Assembly: GCA_050175015.1 (NCBI GenBank)
Contig: JBFXJJ010000006.1
Coordinates: forward strand, 85,716-149,715
DNA length: 64,000 nt
DNA from: Alphaproteobacteria bacterium
Lineage (GTDB): Bacteria; Pseudomonadota; Alphaproteobacteria; JBFXJJ01
Reading direction: 5' to 3'
A program made the translations under genes and the position numbers. How positions within the stretch are numbered: position 1 is the stretch's first letter; every line of letters begins with the position of its first letter. A model generated the notes under the pieces. The model saw only the letters and a program-made list of their open reading frames with translations, did no database searches and was not told where the DNA came from. This document shows positions 1 to 10,628 of the stretch, piece after piece.

Positions 1-1496
1 GCAACAGCGGCATCATCTTCACGCATTTTTTGAAGTTCTGGTTCTGCGGCAATGGCATCGGTTAACGTTATTTGCTTTCCAGGAGCATTTGGTATCATTT
101 TACAAATACGATCAACTTGACCGTAAGGCATTTGCAGAACTCTTCCAACATCACGTAAAACCGCTCTTGCTTGAAGCTTTCCGAAAGTAATAATCTGTGC
201 AACTCGCTCTTTTCCATATTTTTGCTGCACATATTCTATAACTTTGCCACGTTTATCCTGGCAAAAGTCAACGTCAAAGTCAGGCATTGAAATACGTTCA
301 GGATTAAGAAAACGCTCAAAAAGCAAACCAAATTTTGTGGGATCTAAATCCGTAATAAGAATAGACCAAGCAACTAAAGAACCAGCACCGGAACCACGCC
401 CAGGCCCCACAGGAACGTTATGAGCCTTAGCCCAGCTTATAAAATCAGAAACAATTAGAAAATAACCAGCAAAGCCCATTTTCTCAATAACTTCTAATTC
501 GTGTTCCATTCTTTTGTAGTAAGTTTGGGCTATTTTATCACGATCATCGCCCTTCATACTGTCGTTAAAGACATATTTTTTTAGACGTTCCTCAAGACCT
601 TGCTTAGCCTTTTCTCTAAGCATTTTTTTCTCGCCCTCTGCTCCTCCAGAAGTAAATGGCGGCAATATTGGCGGAATAGCTTCAACCATTAACGCGCATC
701 TCTTGGCTATGGAAACTGTATTTTCAATAGCCTCTGGAATGTCAGAAAACAGTTCTTTCATCTCCTCAGGGCTTTTGAGATAATGCTCAGGAGTTAATCT
801 GCGCCTATCTGCTTGATCAACAAAACTTCTATCTTGAATACAAATCAGAGCATCGTGAGCTTCAAACATATTTTTATCTAAGAAATATGCTTGATTGGTT
901 GCGACCAAAGGTATGTCAAATTTATACGCCAAATCAATGAGCTTAGGTTCAACAAAATCTTCTTCTTTTAAACCGTGCCTCATTAGTTCTATATAAAAAC
1001 GGTTTTCAAAAATTGAGGACAGTCTCTTAGCATTTTCTTCTGCTTCCGCATTGTTTTCTTCCAGCAAAAAGCGCCCTACTGCTCCTTCAATGCCGCCCGA
1101 AAGAGCTATTAATCCTTTATTATGATGTTCTAAAAGTTCTAAACTTACTTGAGGTTTCTGATGCTCTGGACTACTTAAGTGAGATGCACTAACCAGTTTT
1201 AGCAGATTGCGATACCCTTGGTCATTTTGCGACAGTAATACTAAAGCGTCAGGTTCTAATATTTTGCCGTTTTTACTTTCTCTAGAGATATTAAGATGAC
1301 AACCGATAATTGGCTGAATTCCACTGCCCGCACAATAAGAAGAAAATTCCATAGCTCCAAACAGATTGCTTTTATCGGTCATAGCGACTGCTGGAGTTTC
1401 AAAACTTTGGCATTTTTTTACTAATGCTCCAACTTTTATGGCACTTTCTAAAAGTGAAAATGCAGTATGAATATGGAGATGAATAAAATCAGGCAT
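1..1496 (-). CDS. dnaE: DNA polymerase III alpha subunit (5' part; runs off the window start)
   Basis: Manual translation from ATG at 1496 gives MPDFIHLHIHTAFSLLE...AMTD (PHP domain), GPGRGSGAGSLVA and FERFLNPERISMPDFDVDF. Not in the ORF track because it is truncated. Confidence 0.97.
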   Translation of the reverse strand, partial: MPDFIHLHIHTAFSLLESAIKVGALVKKCQSFETPAVAMTDKSNLFGAMEFSSYCAGSGIQPIIGCHLNISRESKNGKILEPDALVLLSQNDQGYRNLLKLVSASHLSSPEHQKPQVSLELLEHHNKGLIALSGGIEGAVGRFLLEENNAEAEENAKRLSSIFENRFYIELMRHGLKEEDFVEPKLIDLAYKFDIPLVATNQAYFLDKNMFEAHDALICIQDRSFVDQADRRRLTPEHYLKSPEEMKELFSDIPEAIENTVSIAKRCALMVEAIPPILPPFTSGGAEGEKKMLREKAKQGLEERLKKYVFNDSMKGDDRDKIAQTYYKRMEHELEVIEKMGFAGYFLIVSDFISWAKAHNVPVGPGRGSGAGSLVAWSILITDLDPTKFGLLFERFLNPERISMPDFDVDFCQDKRGKVIEYVQQKYGKERVAQIITFGKLQARAVLRDVGRVLQMPYGQVDRICKMIPNAPGKQITLTDAIAAEPELQKMREDDAAV

Positions 1497-1526
1497 AATT
1501 AAAGGAGGCCTCTTTATAATTTAACT

Positions 1527-2282
1527 TTAGGTTCTTCTTGAAACAAAATAATTATCGATTTCAATTAACTTACCGTCTCTTAACGCAACTTTGCGGTCCA
1601 TACGTCCTGCTAAATCAGGATTATGTGTTGCAATGATAGCCGCTAGCCCTGTTGTTTTTACGATTGCTATCAGCTCTTCAAAAACGACATTGGAAGTTGC
1701 AGGATCTAAGTTGCCTGTCGGCTCATCGGCTAAAAGAAGCTTAGGGCTATTAGCTAAAGCTCTAGCAATTGCAACCCTTTGCTGCTCACCTCCAGATAGT
1801 TCAGAAGGCCTATGCGATGCTCTTTCCGCGATTTTAAGCTTAGTTAAGAGTTCCAAAGCATAATCTTTTGCATCTTTATACTTTTTGCCATCAACCATTT
1901 GCGGAAGCATAACATTTTCTAATGCCGTAAATTCAGGAAGCAAATTGTGATTTTGATAAACAAAACCCAAATAATTACGCCTTATAACTGTACGCTGCCT
2001 CTCACTTAAATCCGAGCAGAAATTGCCAGCAATAACAACATTTCCACCATCATTTTTTTCTAAAAGTCCGGCAATATGAAGCAGTGTTGATTTGCCTGCA
2101 CCTGAAGGACCTATTAAAGCAACAACTTCACCTTCATTAACGGTTAAATCAATTCCTTGAAGAACTTTAAGTGTTTCTTGTCCTTGCTTAAAGCTTCTCG
2201 TAACCTTTGATAACATTATCGTTGGTTTTTTTTCATTTTTTTCTGGCATAATCTGAGGTTCTTTTTTTTCAAAATCATTCAT
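1527..2282 (-). CDS. lolD: Lipoprotein-releasing ABC transporter ATP-binding protein
   Basis: [33 protein letters not shown]; directly downstream of lolC/E. Confidence 0.93.
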   Translation of the reverse strand: MNDFEKKEPQIMPEKNEKKPTIMLSKVTRSFKQGQETLKVLQGIDLTVNEGEVVALIGPSGAGKSTLLHIAGLLEKNDGGNVVIAGNFCSDLSERQRTVIRRNYLGFVYQNHNLLPEFTALENVMLPQMVDGKKYKDAKDYALELLTKLKIAERASHRPSELSGGEQQRVAIARALANSPKLLLADEPTGNLDPATSNVVFEELIAIVKTTGLAAIIATHNPDLAGRMDRKVALRDGKLIEIDNYFVSRRT

Positions 2283-3522
2283 AACGAAGAGCCTCCACTG
2301 GGTCTAGTTCAGATGCTCTCCAAGAAGGATATAACGTTGCTAGAAAAGACAGCACAAAAGACATAACAGCAACGGAGAAAACCTCAATAGGATCCACAAC
2401 AGCAGGAAGCGTTGATAAAAAGTATATTTCGGCTGAAAACAGATCCGAACCAGTTATATGCTGTAAAAACTGTCTGATATTTTCAATATTATCGCAGAAA
2501 AGCAAGCCTAACGCGATACCACTTAATGTTCCGACGATGCCAATAAACGATCCGCTTATAAAAAATATACGCATAATCATAGACTTGCTTGCCCCAATAG
2601 TTCTAAGAACGGCAATGTCTTTTCCCTTATCCTGTACCAGCATAATTAAACCCGAAATAATATTAAAGGCCGCAACCAAAATAATAAGAGTTAAAATAAG
2701 AAACATAACATTACGTTCAACCTTAATAGCGTTGAAAAAAGCAGAATTAGCCTGCTGCCAATCATGTATCACTGCCTGCCTTCCTACTATTGGAACCACA
2801 GAATCTCTAACACTATCAACCAAATTTGGGCTCGTTGTATAAATTTCTAAATTTGATACCCCTTTACCTGTTGCAAAATATAGACTTGCCGTATCAAGAG
2901 GCATAAAAACAAAGTTAGAATCGTATTCAAACATTCCAACATTGAATGTAGCATCAACAACAAAACTCTTCATACGGGGAATAGTTCCAAAAGCTGTAAT
3001 CGTCCCTTGAGGCGAAATCAAGGTAACTTCATCGCCAATGCGAACACCCATCTTTTCAGCCAGACGATAACCCATAATTATATGATTGCCTCTAAAGCCA
3101 TCTAACGTCCCGCTGTGAATATTATCAGCTATAATATCCCGAGCCTTTAGGTCTGCTTCTTTCATACCTCTAACGATTGCACCTTGAGCATTACCTGTAG
3201 AGGTAATCATAACCTGCCCTTCAATAACAGGATATACCGCTTCAACTTCAGGAATAATTCTGATTCTCTCGGCCATAAAGTCATAGTCTTCTAAAAATTC
3301 ACTGCCGACAGCGTAAATTCCCAAATGACCATTTAAGCCTAAAATTCTTGAAAGCAGCTCCTGCCTGAAACCATTCATAACCGACATTACAATAATTAAT
3401 GTCGCAACTCCTAAGCATATTCCCAAAAGAGAAAACCCTGTAATTACGGACACAAAGCCTTCTTTCCTTTTAGAACGCAGATAGCGCCAAGCAACCATTC
3501 TTTCAAAGGCAGAAAAAATCAT
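2275..3522 (-). CDS. lolC: Lipoprotein-releasing ABC transporter permease LolC/E
   Basis: [38 protein letters not shown]-terminal PVEALRYE. Confidence 0.93.
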   Translation of the reverse strand: MIFSAFERMVAWRYLRSKRKEGFVSVITGFSLLGICLGVATLIIVMSVMNGFRQELLSRILGLNGHLGIYAVGSEFLEDYDFMAERIRIIPEVEAVYPVIEGQVMITSTGNAQGAIVRGMKEADLKARDIIADNIHSGTLDGFRGNHIIMGYRLAEKMGVRIGDEVTLISPQGTITAFGTIPRMKSFVVDATFNVGMFEYDSNFVFMPLDTASLYFATGKGVSNLEIYTTSPNLVDSVRDSVVPIVGRQAVIHDWQQANSAFFNAIKVERNVMFLILTLIILVAAFNIISGLIMLVQDKGKDIAVLRTIGASKSMIMRIFFISGSFIGIVGTLSGIALGLLFCDNIENIRQFLQHITGSDLFSAEIYFLSTLPAVVDPIEVFSVAVMSFVLSFLATLYPSWRASELDPVEALRYE

Positions 3523-3533
3523 ATTATAAATTC

Positions 3534-4847
3534 CTATTTAGTTAAGATATTGAAAGCTTCGTCTATCGTTACTTCCTGCTTTTCTCCAGTTCTGCGATTC
3601 TTAATTTCAACCTTGCCACGTTCTATTCCTTTAGGACCAACAACTAACTGATAAGGCAAGCCTATTAAATCCATATCATTAAATTTAACACCTGCTCTTT
3701 CATCTCGGTCATCATAAAGAACTTCAACTCCAGCATTTAGCATTTTTTCATAAAAATCTTCACATACTTTATCTGTTTTAGCATCACCTGATTTTAAATT
3801 GATAATACCAACCTTAAAAGGAGCAACAGCTTCAGGCCATATAATGCCGGCATCATCGTGAGATGCTTCAATGATAGCACCAATAAGACGAGAAACACCG
3901 ATACCATAACACCCCATTTCAGGTATTAAATATTTGCCATCAGAACCAAGAATTTCAACATTCAATGCTTTTGAATATTTCTTGCCAAGATAGAAGACCT
4001 GTCCAACCTCAATACCCCTCGCGGTGATAATATCATCTTTAATATCAGCAATATCTTCATCTTTATACATATCTTCTGTGGCAGCATAAAGAGAGGTCCA
4101 CTTATTGAAAACATCATCAAGGTTGCCTTGATAATCAATCTTTTCATCAGGGACTTCCATTTCTAAATAGTCTTTATGGCAATAAACTTGGCTCTCTCCT
4201 GTTTCTGCCAGAACAATAAATTCATGAGAAAGATTTCCTCCAATAGGACCAGTATCGGCTCTCATAGGTATCGTTTTAAGCCCCATACGGTCAAATGTTC
4301 TTAGATATGCGGCAAACATTCTCTTGTAGCTTTTGGTTGCATTTTCATAGTCAACATCGAAAGAATAAGCATCTTTCATTAAGAATTCACGACCACGCAT
4401 AACTCCAAAACGAGGTCTTACTTCATCTCTAAATTTCCACTGAATGTTATAAAGCGTAACAGGCAAACTTTTGTAACTTTTCACATAAGTTCTAACAATA
4501 TCTGTAACAACTTCTTCTGCGGTTGGCCCATAAAGTAAATCACGGCCTCTGCGATCTTTGATTCTAAGAAGTTCGGGACCATAAGCATCACTGCGTCCGC
4601 TTTCAATCCATAAATCTGCCGGCTGAAGTGTCGGCATTAAAATTTCCTGCGCTCCAGCTTTATCTTGTTCTTCTCTTACAATCTGCTGAATTTTGCGAAG
4701 AACTTTCTGTCCCATAGGAAGCCAGTTATAAACACCAGCACTAGATTGTTTAATCATACCAGCACGAAGCATAAGACGATGAGAAACGATTTCTGCTTCT
4801 GATGGAGTTTCTTTCATTGTTGGTAAAAAATATTGAGATAAACGCAT
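3534..4847 (-). CDS. proS: Proline--tRNA ligase (short form without the editing insertion)
   Basis: [44 protein letters not shown]. Start placed at MRLSQYF (the track starts at 4859). Confidence 0.97.
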   Translation of the reverse strand: MRLSQYFLPTMKETPSEAEIVSHRLMLRAGMIKQSSAGVYNWLPMGQKVLRKIQQIVREEQDKAGAQEILMPTLQPADLWIESGRSDAYGPELLRIKDRRGRDLLYGPTAEEVVTDIVRTYVKSYKSLPVTLYNIQWKFRDEVRPRFGVMRGREFLMKDAYSFDVDYENATKSYKRMFAAYLRTFDRMGLKTIPMRADTGPIGGNLSHEFIVLAETGESQVYCHKDYLEMEVPDEKIDYQGNLDDVFNKWTSLYAATEDMYKDEDIADIKDDIITARGIEVGQVFYLGKKYSKALNVEILGSDGKYLIPEMGCYGIGVSRLIGAIIEASHDDAGIIWPEAVAPFKVGIINLKSGDAKTDKVCEDFYEKMLNAGVEVLYDDRDERAGVKFNDMDLIGLPYQLVVGPKGIERGKVEIKNRRTGEKQEVTIDEAFNILTK

Positions 4848-4864
4848 AACTAACACCATAAAAA

Positions 4865-5368
4865 TTATTTATTATTCTTTTTATTTAGGTCAGAGCAGGC
4901 TTTAATCACCATATCTCTAGCCTTTTCATCTAGAACTTCATTATTAAACATAAATTTGCCGTCCTTGAGCGATATTTGCCCAAGCTTAAAATCTTTTGCT
5001 TCAACCCCTTTTGCTTCTATATTCTGCCAAGCAATAGGATCAAATGAAAAGGATATTTCACTTTGCCCCGCAAAAATACTTTCTCTCTGCCCGCTGTCTG
5101 CGGAAACAACGTTCCTGCCATAGACATCAATATTAGGAACATAGTCAGCGCTGGCGGGTTTAACTTTAGAATCAACATCTTTTTCAAATTCTGACTTTAA
5201 TTCTGCCATAAACTTTTTGCAATCATCTTCATTCACAACCAGAACAGTTTTTTCTAAAACCGCCTGCTTCCCATCTTCTATCATCTTTGATATAGAGCTG
5301 TCCTGAGCTAAAACTATTTGACTATTAGTAAGGATTATTACGGAAAGTAATAAACACCACAATTTCAT
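4865..5368 (-). CDS. Exported hypothetical protein
   Basis: Signal-peptide-like N-terminus ([21 protein letters not shown]); tightly packed between rnj and proS. Confidence 0.7.
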   Translation of the reverse strand: MKLWCLLLSVIILTNSQIVLAQDSSISKMIEDGKQAVLEKTVLVVNEDDCKKFMAELKSEFEKDVDSKVKPASADYVPNIDVYGRNVVSADSGQRESIFAGQSEISFSFDPIAWQNIEAKGVEAKDFKLGQISLKDGKFMFNNEVLDEKARDMVIKACSDLNKKNNK

Positions 5369-5372
5369 AACA

Positions 5373-7028
5373 TCAAATCCTTATAACGTGAACATTAATT
5401 AACGGTTTTTTTCCGCAAATAGCCGTAAAAGAATGCCTTACTGCCAGCCTTAAAGTTTCTGATACTTTGCCATCATCGAGCTTGTCTTCTTTTAGCATTT
5501 TAGCTAAAGATTTTTGGGCATCTCCTATTATTTTCTGTAAAATATCGGGACTTTCAATATCCTCCAGTAAATCTGGAGCTGAAATTTGGATATTGCCTTT
5601 AACGTTGCCTTTTTTATCAATGGCAACAGATACTACAGCCGAAGAATTCCACATAATTTTGCGCCGCATCTTGATAAGATTAGAATCTAAAGAAACCAAA
5701 CGATTGCCATCTAAAACTAAAATCCCGACATCAAACTCGTCAATCACGCTGGCATCATCGTCTTCAAATTTGATAACCTGACCATTGTTAACCCTTAAAG
5801 CTTTATCAACACCAAGACTTAAGGCAAGTTTTTCATGTTCAATTAAATGTATGGGCTCACCATGTATTGGAATTGCGATTTTAGGTTTTAGAAAGCCATA
5901 CATTTTCCTTATTTCTTCTTTGGGAGGATGTCCTGAAACGTGAACAAGCTCATCTTTGCCTGTGATAATTTCTATTTTCTTTTCTGCTAAAATATTTTGG
6001 AGTTTCAAAATAGATTTTTCATTGCCAGGAATAACCCTTGAAGAGAAAATTACGACATCACCTTCGTCGAGATAAATATGCTTATGATTATCTGACGCTA
6101 TCCTTAACAAAGCCGAACCCGTTTCACCCTGACTGCCTGTACAGATATATAAAATTTCATTCTCAGGCAAAAAACCTGCTTCGCTTTCCGTTAAAAAATT
6201 AACCCCGTCTAAATAACCAACAGCTTTAGCGGCATCTTCAACTTTCCATAAAGACCGCCCAACCAGACAAACTTGGCGTCCGTTGGCTTTAGCTGCCCAA
6301 GCTATGCTCTCTATTCGAGCAACGTTTGAAGAGAAACACGCAACAGCTATTCTCTTTTTAAATTTTGAAAAAAGTGTAACTAGGCTGTTTCTTACTTCTG
6401 ATTCTGATTTTGATTTGCCCTCAACTAAAACATTGGTAGAATCGCAAACAAAAGCTAAAACGCCTTCTTTGCCTACAGATTTAAGCGTTTTATAATCACT
6501 CTCTTCCCCAATCAAAGGATCTGTATCAAATTTCCAATCACCGCTATGAACAATATTGCCGTAAGGCGTTTTGATAAACAACGCATTTGCCTCTGGAATA
6601 GAATGCGTTACAGAAATAAACCTTATTTCAAAAGGTCCTAAATTGATGGTACTGTTTAACGGCAGAACATCAACATCTACTCTTCCTAAAAGCCCCGTTT
6701 CGTCAAGTCTTGGTTCCAGCATTTCGGCGGCAAACGGTGTTGCATAAACCGGAAATTTTATCTTTGACCATAAATGAGCAATAGCTCCAATATGATCTTC
6801 ATGAGCATGGGTAACAACTACACCTAAAAAATCTTTTCTGCGTTCTTCAATAAAAGTAGGATCGACCATCATAATATCTATGCCAGGAAAATCATCTCCC
6901 GCAAAGCCTATCCCCATATCAACGGCTATCCATTTATTGTCACAGCCGTATAGATATAAGTTCATACCAATTTCGCCAACTCCACCCAAGGGAATAAAAT
7001 AAAGTCCTTTATCGTATTTTTTATCCAT
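5373..7028 (-). CDS. rnj: Ribonuclease J
   Basis: PLGGVGEIGMN, THAHEDHIGA, HSGDWK, TGSQGE, HVSGH, PIHGE (MBL/beta-CASP). Confidence 0.96.
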   Translation of the reverse strand: MDKKYDKGLYFIPLGGVGEIGMNLYLYGCDNKWIAVDMGIGFAGDDFPGIDIMMVDPTFIEERRKDFLGVVVTHAHEDHIGAIAHLWSKIKFPVYATPFAAEMLEPRLDETGLLGRVDVDVLPLNSTINLGPFEIRFISVTHSIPEANALFIKTPYGNIVHSGDWKFDTDPLIGEESDYKTLKSVGKEGVLAFVCDSTNVLVEGKSKSESEVRNSLVTLFSKFKKRIAVACFSSNVARIESIAWAAKANGRQVCLVGRSLWKVEDAAKAVGYLDGVNFLTESEAGFLPENEILYICTGSQGETGSALLRIASDNHKHIYLDEGDVVIFSSRVIPGNEKSILKLQNILAEKKIEIITGKDELVHVSGHPPKEEIRKMYGFLKPKIAIPIHGEPIHLIEHEKLALSLGVDKALRVNNGQVIKFEDDDASVIDEFDVGILVLDGNRLVSLDSNLIKMRRKIMWNSSAVVSVAIDKKGNVKGNIQISAPDLLEDIESPDILQKIIGDAQKSLAKMLKEDKLDDGKVSETLRLAVRHSFTAICGKKPLINVHVIRI

Positions 7029-7047
7029 ATTATTTTTCTCTTCTTTT

Positions 7048-7836
7048 TTAGTCTTTATTAAAGAAAACTTCTCCTGAGTTTATTCTTTGTCTCTGTCCAT
7101 ATTCATTAATAAATAAAATTGCTCCATCTTGATCTATATCTTCAAATTTTCCCTTTAGGGTTTCTTTTGGCAGTCTAATTACAATATCTTGACCTAAACC
7201 ATAGGCATTTTCTAGCCAATCTTGTCTTATACCACTAAATCCCTCAATTTTCCAAAAATTAAACATCTCCAAAAATTTTTCTAAAAAAAGTTCTAGCAGC
7301 TTCTCATTTTCAATACTTATACCACAATCAGATAAAGATGTTGCTTTAATAGCACCGTCAACATCATCTGGGTGATTTTTGTTATTAACACCCATTCCGA
7401 TAATAACAAAATCATTTAAGCTCGTACCTGTTGTTTCTATTAATATGCCTGACACTTTGCAATAATCAGATGTTATTACGTCATTTGGCCATTTACATAA
7501 GAACTTTGATTTACCTGTTAACTCGTTAAGGACTTTTGTTAAAGCTAAAGATACAACAAAACTTAATTGCCCCATAACAAAAGCTTCAGAACTGAATTTT
7601 AATATCATTGAAAGATATAAATTTCCTTGGGGACTATGCCATAAACGTCCTCTTCGCCCTTTGCCGCTTTTTTGAATTTTTGAGACGACAATCGTTCCCT
7701 CTGGTGCGCCATTTGCTGCTAAATCCCTAGCATAATCATTAGTGCTACCAACTTCATCTAATCTAATTATATTCCAAAAAACGCTGTTTTTATCCAAAGG
7801 ATGCCACCTAAAACAAAACAGTTCCTTAATAAACAA
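7048..7836 (-). CDS. birA: Biotin--[acetyl-CoA-carboxylase] ligase (no HTH); exact start uncertain
   Basis: STND, QKSGKGRRGRLWHSP, KWPNDV, KVSGILIE; follows nuoN as in alphaproteobacteria. Confidence 0.93.
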   Translation of the reverse strand: MFIKELFCFRWHPLDKNSVFWNIIRLDEVGSTNDYARDLAANGAPEGTIVVSKIQKSGKGRRGRLWHSPQGNLYLSMILKFSSEAFVMGQLSFVVSLALTKVLNELTGKSKFLCKWPNDVITSDYCKVSGILIETTGTSLNDFVIIGMGVNNKNHPDDVDGAIKATSLSDCGISIENEKLLELFLEKFLEMFNFWKIEGFSGIRQDWLENAYGLGQDIVIRLPKETLKGKFEDIDQDGAILFINEYGQRQRINSGEVFFNKD

Positions 7837-7839
7837 CCA

Positions 7840-9249
7840 CTAATTGGGCAATAAAAATGGATACGCACAAACAAGCAGCATTACAAAAAAACTACAAATC
7901 ATAACAATACTATTATATAACCCTATATTATCAAATTTTTCATCTGTTTTTTTAAAATAAACAACATCTATAATTCTGATAAAGCTTAGCAGCATTAAAA
8001 CAAGGGAAATAACTACACATACAATTAGCCAGTATATTTTGGTTTTCAATAATATCATTAGCAGATGAAAAATACCGTAAAAGCCAGCTAAAGCTGGAAC
8101 GCCCGATAAAGACATCATAAAACAAACAAGGACAATAGCCCCAAACGGATGAGAAGAAGCAAAACCTTTAACATCTGCAATATTTTCAATTAGATTTCCA
8201 TTTTTTCTTAAGGATAAAACAATTGAGAAAATACCAACGATGCTAATACTGTAAGATGTTACAAGAAATACTACAGCAGACAAATCATTTTCTTTGATGC
8301 CGATGAATGATGCCCATATATAACCACTATAAACCATAGAACAATATGCCATCATTCTTTTTATGTTTGTTTGAGAAATCATAGCTATGGAACCTAGAAG
8401 CATTGACGCCGCAGCAAAAAACATTAATACAGGCATAAGCTGCGGCCATAAAGGCAAAAAGACATCTTTGATTAAACGAAGCAACACGACAAAATAGGCG
8501 ATCTTCGGTGTTGACAATAAAAATGATGTTACTGGTGTTGGAGCGCCTTCCGCAATATTAATACTGCCAAAGTTGAACATCGCCATATCACATTTAAATA
8601 ATAAACTGGCAATAACCATAAAAAAACCAGCCATAAGCAAGGCATTGTTTCCGTTCTTTGAAACATACTCCGATACGATTTTAAACCCCATACCACCTGT
8701 TGTTCCATAAATAAAAGAAACACCGTACAAATAAAATATTGCAACCACTAAACCTATGGCTAAAAATCTTGTTCCCATAATTGTTGAACGAGTTGCCCTT
8801 CTTTTAAAGGCAACCATCAAATACATCGGAAGCATAGAAAGCTCTAACCCCAAATAAAGGGTTATAAATCCTTTTGCAGAGATTGCTATCATCATTCCAG
8901 CTATCGAGAAAATTAAGAAAAAAGGATATTCATAACGCTTAAATTTTTTCAAAATAAGCCATTCATTGGCTAAGAAAATATTAGCCAAACCACAAAATAG
9001 AATTAATATCTTAAAATAAAGTGTTAGCTTATCATTAACTAAAAATGCCTCTAAATTATAATTAGACATATTGAAAAGAGAGAATGTTAGAAATAAAGCA
9101 CCCAATATAATGACTATTGATGATTTTAGAGCCGTATGATGAGAAATTCCGTGCCTAAATGCCCCCAAAACCAACATCACTACAGGAGCCATCAACAACA
9201 AAATTTCAGTTGTTACAAAACCAAATATATTATGAATTAAACTTATCAT
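7840..9249 (-). CDS. nuoN: Complex I subunit N homolog (divergent)
   Basis: LYLGLELSML, FK...AEGAPTPVTSFL..PK, QTNIKRMMAY, SLSGVPALAGF; last gene of the nuo order. Confidence 0.88.
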   Translation of the reverse strand: MISLIHNIFGFVTTEILLLMAPVVMLVLGAFRHGISHHTALKSSIVIILGALFLTFSLFNMSNYNLEAFLVNDKLTLYFKILILFCGLANIFLANEWLILKKFKRYEYPFFLIFSIAGMMIAISAKGFITLYLGLELSMLPMYLMVAFKRRATRSTIMGTRFLAIGLVVAIFYLYGVSFIYGTTGGMGFKIVSEYVSKNGNNALLMAGFFMVIASLLFKCDMAMFNFGSINIAEGAPTPVTSFLLSTPKIAYFVVLLRLIKDVFLPLWPQLMPVLMFFAAASMLLGSIAMISQTNIKRMMAYCSMVYSGYIWASFIGIKENDLSAVVFLVTSYSISIVGIFSIVLSLRKNGNLIENIADVKGFASSHPFGAIVLVCFMMSLSGVPALAGFYGIFHLLMILLKTKIYWLIVCVVISLVLMLLSFIRIIDVVYFKKTDEKFDNIGLYNSIVMICSFFVMLLVCAYPFLLPN

Positions 9250-9254
9250 AAGCT

Positions 9255-10628
9255 TTACCCTAACTCCGCAATAACTTGATTGGCAAAACTAAAAATTACA
9301 GCAAAAATTTTAGTTTGAAAAACAGCAAGAATAATGGTTGCTGCAATTAATGATAAAAAAGTTAGATAGTCTTTTTTATATCCTATTTTGCTATTAGCAA
9401 TATTGCGATTTTTTGCAAGCACGCTGATTGACGAGAAGAAAATAGCAACAACCGCAATTATCATAAAAACAATATCTTTCTTCATTAGCTCTGAAATCAT
9501 TATAATAAAACCAGAGAATACCGCAAAAGGAGGAAAAACAATAATTACAGGCAAAATTAAAAATTTTAAAACATCTAATATGCTTTTTTCATTATCCAAG
9601 ATTTCCTCAAATTCAAATTGCAGCATCATCAAGGGAAAACAAAAAGCAATAAAGATAAAAATTACCGATGCCATCAAAAGTGCATCAAATGAAAACAATC
9701 CGATTGTAACTATTCCCAAATAAATTCCAAAAAGATAGCTTAAAAATCTAAACGTATTCCGCTCTAAAACAACACATATAGAGCAATATACCGTAGTAAT
9801 AGAAGCCATAATTACTATAATATTGCCATATTCAACACAAACTTTAGGCAACAGCGGCATCACAAAGTGCAAAACCACATAAACAAAGCTCATAATTTGA
9901 CAAGTAAGGAAAAATGATGCCACAGGAGCCTCTAGTTTCCTTAAAAAACCAGCCAGCCAAAAATGATTAGGAACAAAGCCTAGTCTCAAAAATAGCGAAG
10001 CTGCTATTAAAATAAACGTCAGCCTATTTATGTTACAATCTCCTGTTTCCTTATTAAAAAGGTAGCAGACAACCGCCGTTAAAAATAAAAAAGAAGATAA
10101 CAATAAATTAAGAACAGGCCACTTTTCTTTGGTGTTGTCCTCTTCTTCCATATTTATTCGACTTATAAAAATGAAAGGAATTGGAAGTATGAAGAAAAAC
10201 ACATTAAAAAGCATAATATTCAAAGATGAAAACATACCGTTACCAATGGCTGTGGCCAAAAGTATACTAACAATATATTCTTTGTGTTTTTCTTTATTCT
10301 TATCTCTTAAGGAAAAAACACAAAGCATACTCAAAAATGAGTTAATCATAATAAATATTAAAGATACAGCTTCAACGCCAACAGCGTGTTCTATTTTAAA
10401 TTCATTATTAAAAATATCTCTTTTTTCTAATAATTGAAACCCAAGCTTGCTAAAGTCATAACGAAGCACCAAAGATGCGGCAAGAATAAAAGTTGATATT
10501 ACAGTTAATAATGCAACATTGCTGGTATTTTTAGAAATCGTCAAATTTTCGTTTCTAATAAAAAAGATAAAAAATATGCCCATTAGCGGCAAAAATGTAA
10601 TTAAAGATAAAATCGGCCAATTTGTCAT
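9255..10628 (-). CDS. nuoM: Complex I subunit M homolog (highly divergent)
   Basis: Typical alphaproteobacterial NuoM start MTNWPILSLITFLPL; PxHxWL remnant (VPNHFWL) followed by EAP; lies between nuoL and nuoN. Confidence 0.8.
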   Translation of the reverse strand: MTNWPILSLITFLPLMGIFFIFFIRNENLTISKNTSNVALLTVISTFILAASLVLRYDFSKLGFQLLEKRDIFNNEFKIEHAVGVEAVSLIFIMINSFLSMLCVFSLRDKNKEKHKEYIVSILLATAIGNGMFSSLNIMLFNVFFFILPIPFIFISRINMEEEDNTKEKWPVLNLLLSSFLFLTAVVCYLFNKETGDCNINRLTFILIAASLFLRLGFVPNHFWLAGFLRKLEAPVASFFLTCQIMSFVYVVLHFVMPLLPKVCVEYGNIIVIMASITTVYCSICVVLERNTFRFLSYLFGIYLGIVTIGLFSFDALLMASVIFIFIAFCFPLMMLQFEFEEILDNEKSILDVLKFLILPVIIVFPPFAVFSGFIIMISELMKKDIVFMIIAVVAIFFSSISVLAKNRNIANSKIGYKKDYLTFLSLIAATIILAVFQTKIFAVIFSFANQVIAELG